Shown here: in pieces, positions 59,851 to 64,000 of the stretch
Layout of the letters: every line of letters starts with the position of its first letter
Numbering within the stretch: position 1 is the first letter of the stretch
Origin: Candidatus Zixiibacteriota bacterium
GTDB taxonomy: Bacteria > Zixibacteria > MSB-5A5 > UBA10806 > 4484-95
Assembly: GCA_037441845.1 (NCBI GenBank)
Contig: JBBIRK010000006.1
Location: 128,001-192,000 of the forward strand
Length of the DNA: 64,000 bases
Reading direction: 5' to 3'
Translations under genes and position numbers: made by a program
Notes under the pieces: model-generated
What the model was told of the DNA's origin: nothing
Databases searched by the model: none
Seen by the model: the letters and a program-made list of their open reading frames with translations, nothing else

Positions 59851-61467
59851 TTAATGCCATTCCCAGGTGAGGAACGGCTCCTTTATATCGGTCATGGCGT
59901 TGACTATCAATTCCACCAGCCCGCCGTATAAGATGTTGCACTTTTCGAACACCCCGTATGCGGAGAACAACTCACGAATCTGTCCTTTGCAATTTGAGCA
60001 CGGCGCACAAACGTATTTTTTATGCTCGGGGCCGATTATATCCTGGAACACATCCAAAACTTGCTTCAACTTCGCCCTTCCCGCAACGCTGTGCCGCCAG
60101 TCCGGGAAATTGGAATTGGGCATGATCGCAAATCCGCTGCCGCCGCCGCAGCAATAATTATATACTCCATGCGGCGTCATCTCCCTGAAATTGGGGCAAA
60201 TCGCCCGCAGTATCTCTCTTTGCGGCTCCACGATTCCCATCAAGCGGACCACGTTGCAGGGGTCGTGTAAGGTGACGTGAAAATCGGCGTTCCGCTGCGG
60301 ATCGAGTTTCAATTTGCCGCTCAAAACGATATCTCTCAACAAGGTCAGCGAGCTTTCGCGGGGGATATTCAAATCGCCGGCGAATACTCTGTCGGCGACC
60401 ACCGTCATCGCCTTGTGCGAATGGCCGCATTCACCTATCACGATCTTTTTGACTCCCAGCTTCTTGGCCACTTGGGCGTGCCGGATCGCCACTCTCGAAA
60501 ACTGCACATCGTCATACCAGACGCCGTAATTGACACCGTCGTAACCCAAAAGATCGCTCGACAAAGTGTAGCTTATACCGGCGGCCTCCAAAATTATGGC
60601 GAAAGCCTCCGGATTCTCCGGCCAGGCGAGAAGTTCGCCGGCATTGTGGATTAAAAGCAGCTCCGCTCCCTCTTTATCTATCGGCCACTTGAAATCCATG
60701 CCGGTTTTTTCGCGAATCTCGTCTTCCATGAATTCGATATTGTCTTTGAACGCCACTGGCGTCATGCCGGTCGATGATCCTTTGTCGAGATGCTGAACCG
60801 TTCCCAACTCGTGTACCTGCTTCGGCGCTATCCCCATCTCCTGGCTGAATATTTTGCGCAGTTCATGAGTAACCAAGCCGTTGTCGGCGCCTATCGGGCA
60901 GGTCTGGGCGCAACGGCGACATAGCGTGCAGCGATACGACAGCTCGATCAATCGAGCGATCATTTCCCACGATGCCTCGATATAATCTCCGCTCAATCGG
61001 GAAAGAAATGCACCGCCTTGTTTGACATACCGCTTGTAAAGCTGCCTTAAAATCTGCGCCCTGAATGTGGGTCTATAGATTTCTATCTCTCCGGATTGTT
61101 GAAATATCGGGCAGGCCTGCGAACAGGTCTGACAGCGCGCGCAATACTCGACTGTCAAAAGCAGCGGCTGTAAAAACGTCCAGTTGTTCTCTTTGGAAAA
61201 CAGCTTGGACAAACCCGAAAGGAATTTCTCTACCAGCTGCCGTTTCTCGTTTTCGTCTTTCGGTTTGGGCAGCAACACAGCCGACACGCCATCCAGACCG
61301 CATTCGTATTTGCTCATCTGGTCTGCGGATAATTTTTTGATCTTCGGCTCGAGCTCGAGCTTGTTATAGGGGGGAGGAAGCGGGATGAATCCGGCCGGAT
61401 CGAGTTCGACCAATTGCTCCACCGGACTATTCATGTCCTTCGGTGTGATATTCCTGTTGTCTTTCAT
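59851..61467 (-). CDS. Second DsrK/HdrD-like Fe-S CCG protein
   Basis: CARCQTCSQAC, CTLCRRCAQTC, GECGH, HDPCN, CCGGGSG, PCSNC; ATG 61467 overlaps the upstream stop (ATGA). Confidence 0.88.
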   Translation of the reverse strand: MKDNRNITPKDMNSPVEQLVELDPAGFIPLPPPYNKLELEPKIKKLSADQMSKYECGLDGVSAVLLPKPKDENEKRQLVEKFLSGLSKLFSKENNWTFLQPLLLTVEYCARCQTCSQACPIFQQSGEIEIYRPTFRAQILRQLYKRYVKQGGAFLSRLSGDYIEASWEMIARLIELSYRCTLCRRCAQTCPIGADNGLVTHELRKIFSQEMGIAPKQVHELGTVQHLDKGSSTGMTPVAFKDNIEFMEDEIREKTGMDFKWPIDKEGAELLLIHNAGELLAWPENPEAFAIILEAAGISYTLSSDLLGYDGVNYGVWYDDVQFSRVAIRHAQVAKKLGVKKIVIGECGHSHKAMTVVADRVFAGDLNIPRESSLTLLRDIVLSGKLKLDPQRNADFHVTLHDPCNVVRLMGIVEPQREILRAICPNFREMTPHGVYNYCCGGGSGFAIMPNSNFPDWRHSVAGRAKLKQVLDVFQDIIGPEHKKYVCAPCSNCKGQIRELFSAYGVFEKCNILYGGLVELIVNAMTDIKEPFLTWEWH

Positions 61468-62405
61468 TTCCCGTTGTCCTTTTTGTCCTGACCTGCGGCT
61501 TCGGTGGCCGCCTGCGCCCAGGTCTTGTTTTGCCCTATATGCGGGGCCGCCCAAGTCAATTTATAGCCGAGCGCCCGGGTGACCTCCGCTTCTATTTTAC
61601 TGCCTCTAATATTAGGTTCGTCTTCCCATCTGACGGTGTGATAAGTGAAATACTTGCCGATAAAGTGAGTCATGTGGGTGAACGGCAGATAAACGAAAAA
61701 CAAGGTCGTCAATATCAGGTGAAGTTGGGTGATCGTCGGCAAAGAGGGCGTGGCTTTCAAAGTAATCATGCCGCCGGCGAAAGAACGCAGATGCCCCAGC
61801 GATGAATCGGCCGTAAGCCACGACAAAAATCCGGTGACGAAAATCGCCAATAAAAGCAGCAAGTTGAAATAATCCGCTCTTACCGAAAATTTCCTCAGCT
61901 CCGCTCGAAAGATGCGACTTAAAAACAATCCGAACGCGCCGATCGCACCCAATACCCAGCCTGCCACCCCCGTAATGATCGTGAAACCGTTAAGCAACCT
62001 TCCCCAGGTGCTTTCCGATGCGCCGGAAATCTCGATTCCCATGGTCTGCAGGACCCCTCCGATAAGCAACAAAAAGATCGTAGCCGTCAGCAAATAAAGA
62101 CCGAAATGAAACGGAAACGAAAAATACCAGAGCTTGCGATTATTGCGATACAGCGATTGAATCGCCAAAATCTCGCGCCCCATTTCCGCTATTTCGCTTC
62201 CCACGGCGATCTGACGGGGCTTGGTCCACCAGTTTATCTCCTCGAAATACGAACCGCCGTAATGTTCCTTGCCCTTTTCGTGGGGAATAGGATAGAGCTC
62301 CCATCTCACGTGCAAAGGCATTCTGGCGATCCGGATCGCTCTAATAAGACATCCTACCACCAAAACAATCACCGCAAAGTAGAACACGAATTGTAACCAA
62401 TTCAT
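61464..62405 (-). CDS. Second DsrM/NarI-like cytochrome b membrane subunit
   Basis: PLHVRWELYPIPHE, FHFGLYL, QLHLIL, LPFTHMTHF; about 5 TM helices. Confidence 0.85.
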   Translation of the reverse strand: MNWLQFVFYFAVIVLVVGCLIRAIRIARMPLHVRWELYPIPHEKGKEHYGGSYFEEINWWTKPRQIAVGSEIAEMGREILAIQSLYRNNRKLWYFSFPFHFGLYLLTATIFLLLIGGVLQTMGIEISGASESTWGRLLNGFTIITGVAGWVLGAIGAFGLFLSRIFRAELRKFSVRADYFNLLLLLAIFVTGFLSWLTADSSLGHLRSFAGGMITLKATPSLPTITQLHLILTTLFFVYLPFTHMTHFIGKYFTYHTVRWEDEPNIRGSKIEAEVTRALGYKLTWAAPHIGQNKTWAQAATEAAGQDKKDNGK

Positions 62406-62699
62406 TCACTTACTCCCTTGCCCTTTCGCCGGTTTCCGGCTTGCGTTCGATTGCATAAGCGAAACGGCTGATATTTTCGCCGCGCCCGATGGCCGCAGTT
62501 CCGATTGATCGCAGGCGATCGATTTCCATAAAATATATTGTTCAGTAGATGATATTCTATCCGAGATTGAGAAAAATTTCTCTAAGTTTTCCATAAAAAT
62601 CGGGTCTGAGTATTGAATCGACCCTTAAACTTATCGACAAAATATATATATGTATTTTATGCAATTCAAGTAATATTTCGCTTGTTGTTTCAAGATTTT

Positions 62700-62717
62700 A
62701 TGTGATTTCATTCACAT
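62700..62717. promoter_or_regulatory. Rex/CRP-like palindrome between the second dsrM-like gene and the PEP-synthase-like gene
   Basis: ATGTGATTTCATTCACAT, an exact TGTGA-N6-TCACA core. Confidence 0.6.
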
Positions 62718-62950
62718 GATCGTCCGGTTTTGATTTTCGTTGCAAGACAACCTTGCCGGCACCGCTTTCAAATCCGATTCGCTTTGCGGTATCCTGCGCA
62801 ATTATATTTTTTGCAACAGCTTGCGATAGTGGATAAATCACCCGCCGTTAGCTTTTCTGATCGCCGCCCGAGCGCATTGATCTTGACTGCATTGTTCGTT
62901 TTAGGCTATATTTTTTGATTAAATTGGTGTTGGGTCAAGGAATGGTATAG

Positions 62951-64000
62951 ATGCTTCAATGGTTTGATCATTCGAAACGCGAAAGCCGACAAGATCCAGC
63001 TTTTTTACTTAAAAAATTCCAGGGAAACTTCCAGCAATTCATCAGTCTGCTCGAAAAAAACTACCAGGTCCTGAAGACCATGACCGAAATGGAGGAAAGG
63101 GCACAGGGGAATGCCCATTTCGATCTCAATTACGTTCGCAATTCGATATCCTCGATCCGCAGCGGACTCGTGGAGATGATCGACCTGTTGATCTCCATCG
63201 GGGGGGAAAAATACTCACCGCTGTGGAATCGCCTTCGCCTTATCGAATCGGAAATCGAAACTCTTCTGCCGTCGATTCAAACTATCGAGGCCGACGATTA
63301 TGTGATCGAAATGACCGATATCGATCGCTTCCGCTCCGGCAGCGTCGGCAACAAGATGGCTCAACTCGGCGAAATCCGTTCGCGGATAGGGTTGCCCGCA
63401 CCCGATGGGTTCGCCATTTCCGCCTGGGCCTACAAGTATTTCATGGATGCCAACAATCTCGGCGATAAAATAGCGTCGATGTTAGGCAAGCTTAACCTGA
63501 GGTCGTTCTCCGAACTCGAACGAACCAGCGCCGAAATAACCGACCTGATCGTATCCGCACCGCTGCCGAGCGACCTCCACGAGGCGATACTCGTCGGCAG
63601 CGCTAGGCTGCTCAATCGGCATCCGGGAGCGAGATTGGCCATTCGTTCGAGCGCCACCGGTGAGGATTCGTTTTTCAGTTTCGCCGGTCAATATGCCACG
63701 TTTCTTAACGCCGGCCACGAGGAAATCGTCGATTGTTATAAGAAAATCATCGCCAGCAAATTCAGTCCGCGGGCGATCTACTACTGCCTCAGCCACTCCT
63801 TGTCCGAACTCGACATGGCCATGGCCATCTGTTGCGTGGTGACGATCGACGCCAAAGCGGCAGGCGTGATTTATACCCGGGATCCGATCAGTCCGAGCGC
63901 CGATTGCCTGTTGATAAACTCGATCAACGGATTGGGCAAACTGCTGGTGGACGGTCTCATCACACCCGATTGTTTTCGCGTTTCCAGGTTGGACCGTTCG
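62951..64000 (+). CDS. PEP synthase-like (PEP/pyruvate-binding domain) protein, 3'-truncated
   Basis: Not in the ORF track because it runs off the window. Manual translation from ATG 62951 gives VGNKMAQLGEI, PDGFAIS, AIRSSATGEDS..SFAGQY, AAGVIYTRDP, GLGKLLVDG. Confidence 0.85.
   Translation, partial: MLQWFDHSKRESRQDPAFLLKKFQGNFQQFISLLEKNYQVLKTMTEMEERAQGNAHFDLNYVRNSISSIRSGLVEMIDLLISIGGEKYSPLWNRLRLIESEIETLLPSIQTIEADDYVIEMTDIDRFRSGSVGNKMAQLGEIRSRIGLPAPDGFAISAWAYKYFMDANNLGDKIASMLGKLNLRSFSELERTSAEITDLIVSAPLPSDLHEAILVGSARLLNRHPGARLAIRSSATGEDSFFSFAGQYATFLNAGHEEIVDCYKKIIASKFSPRAIYYCLSHSLSELDMAMAICCVVTIDAKAAGVIYTRDPISPSADCLLINSINGLGKLLVDGLITPDCFRVSRLDRS

Noticed and set aside
62406..62918. Short ORFs 62406-62594- and 62730-62918+
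   Set aside because: AT-rich divergent promoter region; no recognisable motifs.
1..64000. Many long antisense or alternate-frame ORFs (e.g. 13426-14361+, 23205-24413+, 49933-50829+, 52058-52996+, 56339-57235-)
   Set aside because: They are shadows of well-supported genes in GC-rich DNA and show no recognisable motifs.
1..64000. CRISPR array, cas genes, transposase or integrase
   Set aside because: No regularly spaced repeats and no ORF with those motifs were seen. The excisionase-type HTH at 25460-26254 is part of a multidomain regulator.

Overview
Bacterial window dominated by a complete dissimilatory sulfur-metabolism supercluster (about 27-62.4 kb). It contains sat-aprBA, a divergent qmoAB, a displaced qmoC, and dsrABD-N-L-C-T-MKJOP followed by an NAD(P)H persulfide-reductase-like (CoADR-rhodanese) gene and a tetrapyrrole block (hemA-sirC-hemC-cobA/hemD-hemB-hemL). 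Two less familiar modules flank it. The first is a TmcBC-like membrane/Fe-S pair whose Fe-S subunit is fused to an intact receiver domain, in line with a Cys-rich double-PAS histidine kinase, an HTH-Cys-cluster regulator, TauE, CBS and further receiver genes. The second is an extra DsrMK-like pair followed by a ferritin-like gene and a tandem double-DsrC-fold protein lacking the terminal cysteine. A Rex/CRP-like TTGTGAA-N4-TTCACAA box recurs at the promoters of these units. The left 19 kb holds Omp85, EamA, DUF2723, a duplicated and decaying cassette of secreted FG-GAP proteins with a C-terminal sorting-like domain, ppdK, tRNA-Ser(GCT) and ybgA-photolyase. Gene content suggests an FCB-group host such as Zixibacteria (inference only). 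All calls come from motif recognition by eye; no database searches were run, so novelty is unverified.
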